A stretch of 64,000 bases of DNA from a virus (IMGVR_UViG_3300043171_000012:5419-69418); one strand, 5' to 3'. Positions 1-8,821 are shown, counted from the stretch's first letter. Made by a program: numbers and translations. Notes: generated from the sequence alone by a model not told the origin.

Positions 1-492
1 TCATCGCCAGTCTATGACAGCTACAAAACTCGTATGAACAACTTAGTAGTATCTAATATTTATGATGCTCAAATTAAATATGTTCATTCAAGTCTTGTAA
101 AAGATCTTAAGCACGCACAAGCAATTCACGTAATTAATCTTGATGCAGGTTATGAAGGTTCTATACTTAGACTAGACGGTTTATATAAACACGGTAGATC
201 TTACGATCTAATGAAATTTAAAGATTTTAGCGACACAGAAGCAACTATTGTTGGTTATGTAGCAGGTAAAGGTAAAAGGACGGGTACGCTTGGTAAATTC
301 ATAATGCTAGATGACGAAGGTATACAGTTTGGTTGTCCACCAGGCAAGGGTTATTCCTACAAGGATTTAGCTAATATGCTTAAGAATATTGATTCTTATA
401 TTGGTAAGCGTGCTACCTTTACTTATTTCCAACGAACCAAAGCAAACAGCTACAGACATCCACTATTTAAATGTATTAGAAATTATGAATAG
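1..492 (+). CDS. ATP-dependent DNA ligase, C-terminal part (5'-truncated by the window edge)
   Basis: Frame is open from base 1. Ligase motifs IV (YEGSILR), V (RSYDLMKFK) and VI (RHPLF) plus an OB-fold segment (GKGKRTGTLGKF). Confidence 0.88.
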   Translation, partial: SSPVYDSYKTRMNNLVVSNIYDAQIKYVHSSLVKDLKHAQAIHVINLDAGYEGSILRLDGLYKHGRSYDLMKFKDFSDTEATIVGYVAGKGKRTGTLGKFIMLDDEGIQFGCPPGKGYSYKDLANMLKNIDSYIGKRATFTYFQRTKANSYRHPLFKCIRNYE

Positions 493-679
493 AGATAAAC
501 ATATATGGGAAGGCTGGACTGTTGGTGACTTCATTGATGATATAGAACCTATATTTGATATGTGTGCTCCGTTTTATGATAAACAAAGTCTTAAACATTG
601 GGTAGCACAAGAACAACCATATTATAAAAGACATATACCAGAAGTTTATAACTATTTTTTACAAAAATCAGGATTATGA
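485..679 (+). CDS. Hypothetical protein (64 aa)
   Basis: ATG at 485 overlaps the ligase end (MNRDKHIWEGW...), more plausible than the 389 start. Confidence 0.65.
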   Translation: MNRDKHIWEGWTVGDFIDDIEPIFDMCAPFYDKQSLKHWVAQEQPYYKRHIPEVYNYFLQKSGL

Positions 680-786
680 GAAAGCTTATATACCAATTGT
701 ATAACGATAATATGATAAGCGAAGAAGTAGTACACTTATTATTAGATCAATATTATAATAGAATAAATAATAAAAGATATAAATGA
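676..786 (+). CDS. Small hypothetical protein (36 aa, MRKLIYQLYNDNMISEE...)
   Basis: Not in the ORF track. Fills the gap exactly with ATGA overlaps at both ends. Confidence 0.6.
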   Translation: MRKLIYQLYNDNMISEEVVHLLLDQYYNRINNKRYK

Positions 787-1268
787 ATATATTTTATTTA
801 GACAGAGATCCAGTTAAAGCTGCAGAGATACAATATAATAAGCATGTGGTTAAAATGATCTTAGAATCAGCCCAGATGCTTTGTACGGCTCATCATCATT
901 ATGCAGAGTTATATAATTATACAACATTTGTACCTTATAAAAAAGCTCATTACAACCACCCATCAACTATATGGGCTAGAGGTAATAGAAGCCAATACAG
1001 GTGGTTATATAATCATATGATCGCTCTTGGTGATGAGTATACTAAACGATATGGTAAAACTCATTTGAGCATTACTAAATGTAAGCGAACACTACAATTT
1101 CATCCTAATGGTATGCCTGATGGTTTTTTTAAAGAACCACCGCAGTGCATGCCTGATGAATACAAGGTTGAAAATGATAGTGTATCAGCTTACTGGAATT
1201 ATTATGAACAAGAAAAACAATCAATAAAAGGAAAAAATGAGCAAAAAATTAGCAGACCACTTAATTAA
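783..1268 (+). CDS. Pyrimidine-dimer DNA glycosylase (DenV/Pyr_excise-like)
   Basis: MNIFYLD...KHVVKMILESAQML, HPSTIW and EYTKRYGKTH pattern typical of the family. Confidence 0.8.
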   Translation: MNIFYLDRDPVKAAEIQYNKHVVKMILESAQMLCTAHHHYAELYNYTTFVPYKKAHYNHPSTIWARGNRSQYRWLYNHMIALGDEYTKRYGKTHLSITKCKRTLQFHPNGMPDGFFKEPPQCMPDEYKVENDSVSAYWNYYEQEKQSIKGKNEQKISRPLN

Positions 1269-1279
1269 AACCAATTATA

Positions 1280-1474
1280 ATGGAATTAACGATAAAATTA
1301 AATCTTACAGAAAGCCGAAGAAAAAAGGCGCACAAAAAATATCTAGAACTAGCAATAGCTAGTACACATGGTAATATCGTAACCCATTTATTAAATGGTG
1401 ATATAAAACTAGCAAAAATAAAAAGTAAACTTTTTTTAAAATATAACAGAAGATTAAAATACTTAGGACTGTGA
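1280..1474 (+). CDS. Hypothetical basic protein
   Basis: ORF in operon orientation; an overlapping 41-aa alternative ORF (1237-1362) also exists. Confidence 0.4.
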   Translation: MELTIKLNLTESRRKKAHKKYLELAIASTHGNIVTHLLNGDIKLAKIKSKLFLKYNRRLKYLGL

Positions 1475-1514
1475 CAACAGCCTTTAAGTATTAAAAAGTA
1501 ATAGGCTAATGTCA
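1470..1514. promoter_or_regulatory. Imperfect inverted-repeat operator, copy 1 (TGTGACAACAGCCT-N19-AGGCTAATGTCA)
   Basis: 14-bp left arm and 19-nt spacer length identical to the copy at 62390-62435; covers the ATG at 1509. Confidence 0.7.
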
Positions 1515-2123
1515 AAAGAAAGAAACATAAAATGGTTAAATGATAGACGTATTGTTTATAGGCAATTTCCTATAAATGATGCGCCTGATATTGAAACTAG
1601 TAAATATATGTTCTTTGAAAAAGGCACGTATGAGCATTATAGTTTATTTAATACTAAAGCTAAAATAACTACATACAAATCATTAAAATGGCACTTTCTA
1701 GTGTTATATTATTTAAATCAAGAAAATGGTTTACTACCATCACATGTATATGAATTTATTGCAAATAAAGAAAACGGATTTGTTACATTCTTTATTAGCG
1801 ATAGAAAATTAAACGAGATGATTGATGATGTGTTTACTATAGGTGGCGAGCCTCCTGTTAATAAGTTACGTAAAGTAATATTTAAAGACTTTTGCATGTT
1901 AACTACAAGTGAAAAATTAAGTATAGTAGGTAAATTAATAGGTAGATCTTCTAGAATTGACTCTGAAGCTATATATCAATGCATGCTTGATCTGAATGAA
2001 TTAGGTAAACATATATGTGTAGGTAAAATAGCTGGGTTATTAGATGTGTCTAAAAGAACAATATACCGTCATATAAATGACGAGTTAAAACAAGAAATAA
2101 AAATACTAAATGAAGAAATATAA
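1509..2123 (+). CDS. DNA-binding protein with C-terminal helix-turn-helix (candidate regulator or replication initiator)
   Basis: C-terminal IAGLLDVSKRTIYRHI HTH signature. Confidence 0.7.
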   Translation: MSKERNIKWLNDRRIVYRQFPINDAPDIETSKYMFFEKGTYEHYSLFNTKAKITTYKSLKWHFLVLYYLNQENGLLPSHVYEFIANKENGFVTFFISDRKLNEMIDDVFTIGGEPPVNKLRKVIFKDFCMLTTSEKLSIVGKLIGRSSRIDSEAIYQCMLDLNELGKHICVGKIAGLLDVSKRTIYRHINDELKQEIKILNEEI

Positions 2124-2865
2124 TGTACAAAACTATATTAGGTATAAAGAAGACATAAAAGCTTCTATGCCTGAAGGATTGTCTTGGGATGAGTATACTA
2201 GAGATGAACTTATAGTTAAGTTTATGCCTTTAGTAGAAAACTTAGCCAGAAAATTCTCAACAACTCAACAAGCTTCAGGAGTATTATCTATATTAGATTT
2301 ATTGCAAATAGGTAATGAAGCATTAACTAGAGCTGTGGATAAACTTGATTGGGAAATGTTATCTAAATCTGAAGATCAAGAAAAAACTTTAAAAAGCTTT
2401 TTTAGCAAAAGAATAAAAGGATCTATTAGACGTAGAATAGATATGCATAGCGGTAATATGAGGATACCTGAACATAAAATGAATGAAATAAGAAACAATC
2501 CTAAAAACAAAAAAATGGTTGAGATGTTTTTTATGTCTAAATTTTTATCTATAGATGCTCAGCCACTTAATGAAGAAGGTGAATCAATGGTACAACAGTT
2601 ACCAGACAACTCAGAACCTTACAATATAAATTTACTAAATATATACTTACAAGGGTTACTTAAGAAACATTTGAACGAACAAGAGTACGAGGTTCTTAGG
2701 TTATCTTACGGACTTGATTGTGACAAACATTCAGCTAAGCAAATAGCGGTATTGTTAAATATAAAAGGAGTAAGTGATTATGTGAGAGTTTCTGAAATAA
2801 AAAAACAAGCGGTACAGAAATTAATTGATAACGTAGATCACTCACAAGTGATTGATTATCTTTAG
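2110..2865 (+). CDS. Phage RNA polymerase sigma-70-family factor
   Basis: Region 2 (ELIVKFMPLVENLARKF...DLLQIGNEALTRAVDK, MRIP) and region 4 (LNEQEYEVLRLSYGL...IAVLL...RVSEIKKQAVQKL). Confidence 0.88.
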   Translation: MKKYNVQNYIRYKEDIKASMPEGLSWDEYTRDELIVKFMPLVENLARKFSTTQQASGVLSILDLLQIGNEALTRAVDKLDWEMLSKSEDQEKTLKSFFSKRIKGSIRRRIDMHSGNMRIPEHKMNEIRNNPKNKKMVEMFFMSKFLSIDAQPLNEEGESMVQQLPDNSEPYNINLLNIYLQGLLKKHLNEQEYEVLRLSYGLDCDKHSAKQIAVLLNIKGVSDYVRVSEIKKQAVQKLIDNVDHSQVIDYL

Positions 2866-2874
2866 TTTAAGTAT

Positions 2875-2903
2875 GTAAAACATAAAAATTATGTGTAATT
2901 ATA
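2875..2903 (+). promoter_or_regulatory. Putative middle/late promoter (GTAAA-N15-GTAATTATA)
   Basis: Intergenic, upstream of the replication operon; same boxes and spacing at 50471-50499, 62355-62383 and 34600-34628. Confidence 0.6.
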
Positions 2904-2927
2904 TTAATAAGAAAACCAAATAAACCA

Positions 2928-3476
2928 ATGACTATAAACGAAAAGCTGGCTACGATCCAGACTAAATTTAAATCGAAAAAAAGTAGATTTAATTCATTCG
3001 GCAAATATAACTTCAGATCAGCCGAAGACATCCTAGAAGCAACTAAACCCTTTCTCTTAGAGTTAGGAGTATCAGTAACAATCAATGAAGAGATTATCAG
3101 CGTTGATCCATTACCTATGATGCAGTCTACTGCAAACGTTAGTGATGGAGAAAACTCTATAAGCGCTACTGCTATTGTAGGTGTAGACTTGAATCAAAAA
3201 GGTATGAATGTACCTCAACAATTCGGATCAGCATCTTCGTATGCAAAAAAATACGCTCTCGGAAATTTATTTCTAATTGATGATACTGCTGATAGTGATG
3301 CAACTAATGATCATGGTAAAAAGAAGTTTAAGCCACAAAAACCAACTTTAACCTCTAAAAAAGATCCAGCTTATGAAAAAGCGGTTCAATATATAACAGC
3401 GGGTGGTAAAATAGAGGCTATAAAAGCTAAGTATGCACTTTCACAAGAAGTTGAAGGAGCACTAAACACACTATAA
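2928..3476 (+). CDS. ERF-family single-strand annealing protein
   Basis: NSFGKYNFRSAEDIL and QQFGSASSYAKKYAL...DDTADSD ERF motifs. Confidence 0.88.
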   Translation: MTINEKLATIQTKFKSKKSRFNSFGKYNFRSAEDILEATKPFLLELGVSVTINEEIISVDPLPMMQSTANVSDGENSISATAIVGVDLNQKGMNVPQQFGSASSYAKKYALGNLFLIDDTADSDATNDHGKKKFKPQKPTLTSKKDPAYEKAVQYITAGGKIEAIKAKYALSQEVEGALNTL

Positions 3477-3477
3477 T

Positions 3478-4209
3478 ATGAATAAAGAAAAAGTAATTGA
3501 AAAGCTACGTGATGACGAACATTACTACGGTGACTTTGGTAAAAAGTATCTTAGTAATTCTGATATCAGTACTTTACTTACAAACCCTTTAGCACTAGGT
3601 AAAGCTTCTGAAGCTAGACCAGCGTTTTTAGTAGGTGGATATTTTCACACTGCTATTCTAGAACCTGACAAACTTAAAAAGTTTAAGATTATAGAAGCTA
3701 CAACTAGAAATACTAAAGTGTATAAAGAGATGTCAGGCGGAGAGCTATGTCTTTTACAACACGAGGTTGATAACATAGAAAAACTAACAGATAAAATGTT
3801 AGCCAACAAGATATGTTATGATTTAATAAGAGAAGGACAATGCGAATATGAAGTGCCTGGCATTACAGAGCTTGAAGGTCATAAATGGAAAGGGAAAGCA
3901 GATATTATAAACCATTCAGAAAAGTTAGTTGTTGATTTGAAGACAACTGCAGATTTAAATAAGTTTAAGTATTCAGCGTCTAAGTACAATTATGATTCAC
4001 AAGCTTATATTTATAGTAAACTATTTGGTTATGAAATGGTTTTTATTGTAGTAGATAAAAACACAAGTCAAATAGGTATTTTTGACTGCTCACCACAATT
4101 TTATGAACGAGGTAAGGACAAAGTCGAAAGAGCAGTGCAGGCTTATGAATTATTTTATAAGTCTGAAGGCTTTGATCCAACTCAATATTTTATTAATAAA
4201 ACATTATAA
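3478..4209 (+). CDS. PD-(D/E)xK exonuclease (RecE/ExoVIII-like)
   Basis: LSNS, GGYFHTAILEP, KGKAD...VDLKTT, YDSQAYIY; adjacent to ERF. Confidence 0.82.
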   Translation: MNKEKVIEKLRDDEHYYGDFGKKYLSNSDISTLLTNPLALGKASEARPAFLVGGYFHTAILEPDKLKKFKIIEATTRNTKVYKEMSGGELCLLQHEVDNIEKLTDKMLANKICYDLIREGQCEYEVPGITELEGHKWKGKADIINHSEKLVVDLKTTADLNKFKYSASKYNYDSQAYIYSKLFGYEMVFIVVDKNTSQIGIFDCSPQFYERGKDKVERAVQAYELFYKSEGFDPTQYFINKTL

Positions 4210-4210
4210 C

Positions 4211-4387
4211 ATGGCAAAAACCAGAAAAAACCAAACAAAAGTATGTACAGTATCAGGAATTAGCACGAGTATAAATAATTTCTACAATAATCAAAATCAT
4301 ACTAAAGCTGTAGACAACCTAAGAAGAAATTCAGGTGCTACAAAAGAGCAAATAACAAGAATGTTTAACCAAGTAAATCAATATTAA
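4211..4387 (+). CDS. Hypothetical protein (58 aa)
   Basis: ATG at 4211 directly after the exonuclease stop. Confidence 0.6.
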   Translation: MAKTRKNQTKVCTVSGISTSINNFYNNQNHTKAVDNLRRNSGATKEQITRMFNQVNQY

Positions 4388-4388
4388 T

Positions 4389-4697
4389 ATGGCGAGTATA
4401 ATAAAAGCTAGTATTAACCTTAATGAAATACCTAAAGATAAAATATATGTAGGTAAAAAAGGTAAATACTTACCAATAACAATAACCCTAAATGACGAAG
4501 TAGATCAGTTCGGTAATCAAGGTCCTGTTGTTGTTGAACAATCGAAAGAAGAACGTGAAGCTAAAGTAGCTAAAACTTACTTAGGTAATGTTAAAGTTGT
4601 TTGGACTAACGGTGATAACGTAGCCGCTGCTCCTAGAACAGATCAACCACAACAAGCTCAACCGGTAGCTCAACCGGCAGATGATTTACCATTTTAA
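4389..4697 (+). CDS. Single-stranded DNA-binding protein (putative)
   Basis: Small beta-rich core, Gln/Pro linker and acidic DDLPF tail; lies between recombinase and primase. Confidence 0.72.
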   Translation: MASIIKASINLNEIPKDKIYVGKKGKYLPITITLNDEVDQFGNQGPVVVEQSKEEREAKVAKTYLGNVKVVWTNGDNVAAAPRTDQPQQAQPVAQPADDLPF

Positions 4698-4707
4698 ATT
4701 AAATTAA

Positions 4708-6426
4708 ATGCAGACAACAGAGATCAATGGATTTTTGATTGATGAATTCAATCAACATAAGCTTGAAGAGGGAAAAAAGCAGGGTATATGCCCTCTTTGT
4801 TCTCACGATAGAAAACCTAAGAATACTAAAGCAAAGTGTGCTTCGTATGATTGGGAACGGGGTCTCGGTACTTGTCACAATTGTAACACCTCATTTCAGT
4901 TACACACTTATCAACGTAAAGGTGCTAGTGAAAAAGAATATGTAAGACCAGTTGTTAAAGCTGATTCTGAAAAACCAGAGTTTTTAAGTGATAAAGTAAT
5001 TAAATGGTTTGAAACAAGAGGTATATCAGCTCAAACTCTTGTCGACTTAAATGTCGATGAGGGTGCTGAGTATATGCCGCAAACCGGTAGGACCGAGAAT
5101 ACTATAAAGTTTAATTACTTTATGGGCGATCAACTTATAAATGTTAAATACAGAGATGGTCGTAAGAATTTTAAATTATATAAAGGAGCTGAAAAAGTAT
5201 TTTATAATATTAATAGTATTGTAGGTTATGAATACTGTATTATAACAGAAGGCGAAATGGATGTGTTAGCATTACATGAGGCTGGTATACCTAATAGTAT
5301 ATCTGTACCTAACGGTGCTACATTAAATTCTAATAATCTAGATTATCTTGATAATTGTATAGACTATTTTGAAGACAAAGAAAAAATAATACTAGCAGTT
5401 GATTCAGACGAAGCAGGGCAAGCATTGCAATCAGAATTAGTCCGTAGACTTGGAGCTGAAGTTTGTTACTTAGCGTCTTTTGATGACTGTAAAGATGCAA
5501 ATGAGTACTTATTAAAACATGGAAAACAAAAACTGGTTCAGCGTATTACCGGTGCAAGACCCGTACCGCTTGAAAATGTTACGACATTCAGAGATATTGA
5601 AGATGAGGTTACTGACTTTGTTCGTAACGGCTTTAAGAAAGGATATCAAGTTGGCTTATCCAATTTTGATGACATTTTTAGTACTTATACCGGTCAATTT
5701 ATTACTGTCACTGGTATACCTAGTTCAGGTAAATCAGATTTTGTTGACCAAATGGTTGTCGGATATAATAGTAACTACGGTTGGAAGACGGCTTTTGCGT
5801 CGCCAGAGAATGCGCCAACGTATTTACATGCTCACAAACTAATGCGTAAAACCTGGCAAGGTATGCCTACTAGAGATGATATTGGTGGTGATAGATGGAA
5901 TCAAATAGCAGATCATTGTAATAGTAATTATTTTCATATTGACATGGAAAGATATACATTAGAATCTGTTTTACGTAAAGGTGCTGAACTAGTAAAACGT
6001 AAAGGTATTAAATGTTTAGTTATAGATCCTTTTAATAAAGTTAGAGACGTAGACTGTAAAACAGAAGATGTTAATCGTTATACAATGGAATATCTAACAA
6101 AGATCGAAGTCTTTGCTAAGAAGTATGATGTGTTAGTATTTGTTGTTGCTCACCCTACTAAGATGTATAAAGACAAAGATGGTAAAATGGAAGAACCAAC
6201 CATGTATAATATAAAAGGTGGTGGTGAATGGTATGACGCTAGTTATCATGGTATATTAGTTCATAGAAATTATGAACAAAAAACTGTTAAAGCCAAGGTA
6301 CTAAAAGTTAAATTTCAAAATCTTGGTGAAAACGGAGCTGAAGCACATTTTAAATGGGAGCCAAAGTCAGGTTGTTTTATACCACATGAAGCAATAAGTG
6401 ATAATGATCCTATGCCTTGGGAATAA
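4708..6426 (+). CDS. Primase-helicase (T7 gp4/Twinkle-like)
   Basis: Zn finger (CPLC...CHNC), TOPRIM (EGEMD, DSDEAG, KDANE), SF4 helicase Walker A GIPSSGKS, VIDP, VAHP. Confidence 0.93.
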   Translation: MQTTEINGFLIDEFNQHKLEEGKKQGICPLCSHDRKPKNTKAKCASYDWERGLGTCHNCNTSFQLHTYQRKGASEKEYVRPVVKADSEKPEFLSDKVIKWFETRGISAQTLVDLNVDEGAEYMPQTGRTENTIKFNYFMGDQLINVKYRDGRKNFKLYKGAEKVFYNINSIVGYEYCIITEGEMDVLALHEAGIPNSISVPNGATLNSNNLDYLDNCIDYFEDKEKIILAVDSDEAGQALQSELVRRLGAEVCYLASFDDCKDANEYLLKHGKQKLVQRITGARPVPLENVTTFRDIEDEVTDFVRNGFKKGYQVGLSNFDDIFSTYTGQFITVTGIPSSGKSDFVDQMVVGYNSNYGWKTAFASPENAPTYLHAHKLMRKTWQGMPTRDDIGGDRWNQIADHCNSNYFHIDMERYTLESVLRKGAELVKRKGIKCLVIDPFNKVRDVDCKTEDVNRYTMEYLTKIEVFAKKYDVLVFVVAHPTKMYKDKDGKMEEPTMYNIKGGGEWYDASYHGILVHRNYEQKTVKAKVLKVKFQNLGENGAEAHFKWEPKSGCFIPHEAISDNDPMPWE

Positions 6427-6668
6427 TGAGAAAAAAGAAACAAAAAGAAATATACTCTTATGATCAAAAAGATTTCGAGGCATACAGGTGGTGTATAAAC
6501 AATGGAATATATATATCACCTTATTGTAAAGAAAACTTTGTATCATGGTATATAGATATAGAGATAAATGGAAGAGTAAACAGATCCCCTAAATTTTTTA
6601 ATGAAAAAGAATTATGGGAGAAAATATTTGAATACTATAAATATTATTATAAAAAATATGCGAACTAA
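6426..6668 (+). CDS. Hypothetical protein
   Basis: Start coupled to the primase stop; ORF in operon. Confidence 0.6.
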   Translation: MRKKKQKEIYSYDQKDFEAYRWCINNGIYISPYCKENFVSWYIDIEINGRVNRSPKFFNEKELWEKIFEYYKYYYKKYAN

Positions 6669-7299
6669 ATTTTTACATGCAAACGAAGCATTCAACTGTA
6701 TACTACATGAATTACGAGTTGAAGGCATAGACTTTGGTGATACTAAAGCTTTATTTAATGTTGGTTTTACTATAGAAGATCCACTTGATAATCATATTAA
6801 AAACAGAGAACGTAAATGGAGTCTTGAGTATGCTGAAGCTGAATGGCAATGGTATTTGTCTGGTGATCCTAATATAATTAAGCTAGGTCAACTATATGGT
6901 AAGATACCACCTATATGGGAACGTATGGCTGATAGTGATGGCAATGTAAATAGTAATTATGGTTATCAATGGATGCGTAACAACCAAATAGATTATGTTG
7001 TTGCTAAACTTAGAGATAATCCAGATACTAGGCACGCTGCTATAAGTATATATGACTGTAAAGAGTATAATAAATATAGTAAAGATACTCCATGCACATA
7101 TGCAATACAATTTACAATAATTAATAATAAATTATGTATGTCTGTTTATATGCGTTCTAATGACATCTGGTACGGTTTCTGTAATGATCAGTATCAATTT
7201 TCATCATTACAAAAAATGATTGCAGACAGACTGTCTATGGATGTCGGATGGTATTATCATCACGCACATAATATGCATTTATATAATAATAAACTTTAA
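6658..7299 (+). CDS. Thymidylate-synthase-fold enzyme, probably a dCMP (hydroxy)methyltransferase type
   Basis: Catalytic PC, MRSND and HLY motifs; Asp rather than Asn at the E. coli ThyA N177-equivalent position (RSNDIWYGFCND). Start at ATG 6658. Confidence 0.8.
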   Translation: MRTKFLHANEAFNCILHELRVEGIDFGDTKALFNVGFTIEDPLDNHIKNRERKWSLEYAEAEWQWYLSGDPNIIKLGQLYGKIPPIWERMADSDGNVNSNYGYQWMRNNQIDYVVAKLRDNPDTRHAAISIYDCKEYNKYSKDTPCTYAIQFTIINNKLCMSVYMRSNDIWYGFCNDQYQFSSLQKMIADRLSMDVGWYYHHAHNMHLYNNKL

Positions 7300-7307
7300 G
7301 ATAAATT

Positions 7308-8084
7308 ATGTATTATTTATACCACATACCAGGTAAAAAGATCGGTGTTACACGTGATCTTAGTAGTAGAGTTTCCCTTATACAAGGCTATAAGGAGAAT
7401 GAGTATGAAGTTCTTGAACAGTCAGAAGATATAGATTATATATCAGACCGTGAAATAGAACTTCAAAAGTCTTACGGCTATAAGGTCGATAGAAAATTAT
7501 ATAAAAACTTATTTAATAAAATGAAAATAAACGCAACAGAACAAACCTCAACATTTCCTTGTCCGACTAGTAAATTAAAAGGAAGACTAATGGATAATCT
7601 AGGTTTAACTTGGAATACAGAATTCGGCCAGTTTAAAATAACAAAAGAGAATATAAGATGGATAATGGCAAACATTAAAACATCAATGTACAATAAAGAT
7701 AGATGTTATATCTATAACAAAGCTTTTTATGAAGCTTTCTTTAATCCAAAAGACAATGTAGAAAGTTGTTTAAAAAACAACAAAGACTGTGAAAGATTTG
7801 ATTTAATACGTAACTGGGCAGCTACAAGAGGTTTATATAACGAAGGTAATTCACATACACAATATGTTAAATTACAAGAAGAAGCTGGTGAGCTTGCTAA
7901 AGCATTACTTAAAAATGATAAACCAGAAATAATAGATGCTATAGGTGATATAGTTGTTGTATTAACTAATTTAGCTCATCTAGAAGGATATGATATAGAA
8001 TATTGTATTGATGAAGCTTATAAAGTTATAGCAGGTAGAACAGGTAAAATGATTAACGGAACATTCGTAAAAGATGCAGATTAA
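7308..8084 (+). CDS. MazG-like nucleotide pyrophosphohydrolase with an N-terminal GIY-YIG-like extension
   Basis: C-terminal KLQEEAGELA...IIDAIGDIVVVL...GTFVK; N-terminal YYLYHIPGKKIGVTRD. Confidence 0.78.
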   Translation: MYYLYHIPGKKIGVTRDLSSRVSLIQGYKENEYEVLEQSEDIDYISDREIELQKSYGYKVDRKLYKNLFNKMKINATEQTSTFPCPTSKLKGRLMDNLGLTWNTEFGQFKITKENIRWIMANIKTSMYNKDRCYIYNKAFYEAFFNPKDNVESCLKNNKDCERFDLIRNWAATRGLYNEGNSHTQYVKLQEEAGELAKALLKNDKPEIIDAIGDIVVVLTNLAHLEGYDIEYCIDEAYKVIAGRTGKMINGTFVKDAD

Positions 8085-8385
8085 AACTAAAGACAAGATA
8101 GTACAAAACGTACTAAGGAAGATGGACGAACGTAGCTTAATAGGTCAAAAGAAATATGGAGCTACAATGATGCAAGAAATAGAAGGTCAAAAGAAAGATC
8201 TCAATAGATTTATTATTGATGTACAAGAAGAACTAATGGATGCAATACTGTATCTTGAATCAGCTAAACATTGTTTGAGAGATGAGATAGAAGAAGCTAT
8301 GTTAAACCGTATAAATATTATAGGTCAAAACGGTAACGATGGAGAGCATTATCATATAGAAGTAAATGAAGAAGAAATCTTATAA
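8074..8385 (+). CDS. All-alpha nucleotide pyrophosphatase-like protein (putative)
   Basis: RSLIGQKKYG...QEELMDAILYL pattern common in phage nucleotide-metabolism clusters. Confidence 0.5.
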   Translation: MQIKTKDKIVQNVLRKMDERSLIGQKKYGATMMQEIEGQKKDLNRFIIDVQEELMDAILYLESAKHCLRDEIEEAMLNRINIIGQNGNDGEHYHIEVNEEEIL

Positions 8386-8821
8386 AAGAAAAAAAGGACC
8401 AGTACAGTCGAAGAAGATCTCATATGATGGGATCAACTTCGCGTCTGGTTTAGAACGTTATATGTATACGGCATTACGTAAAGCTAAGATAACAGCTTTA
8501 TATGAAGGTCAGACTTTTGAATTATCAGAAGCTTTTGATTTTCCTTTTGAGGCATATGAAAGATGTAGTAACGGTAAAGGAGAATATAAAAACAGAGGTA
8601 ATAAAAAAATACTGAATATAAAATATACACCTGACTTTGTAGGTAAGGGTTTTATAATTGAAACTAAAGGTAGAGCTAATGAATCATTTCCACTTAGATG
8701 GAAGTTGTTTAAAAAGCTTATAACAGAAAGACGATTAGGACCACTTACATTATATAAACCACAAAATCATAAAGAATGCGACGAGACAGTAAGGTTAATC
8801 CTTTCGAAGCTAAAAGAATAG
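8366..8821 (+). CDS. Endonuclease I-like Holliday junction resolvase (T7 gp3-like)
   Basis: FASGLE, YTPDF, IIETKG motifs. Confidence 0.8.
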   Translation: MKKKSYKRKKGPVQSKKISYDGINFASGLERYMYTALRKAKITALYEGQTFELSEAFDFPFEAYERCSNGKGEYKNRGNKKILNIKYTPDFVGKGFIIETKGRANESFPLRWKLFKKLITERRLGPLTLYKPQNHKECDETVRLILSKLKE

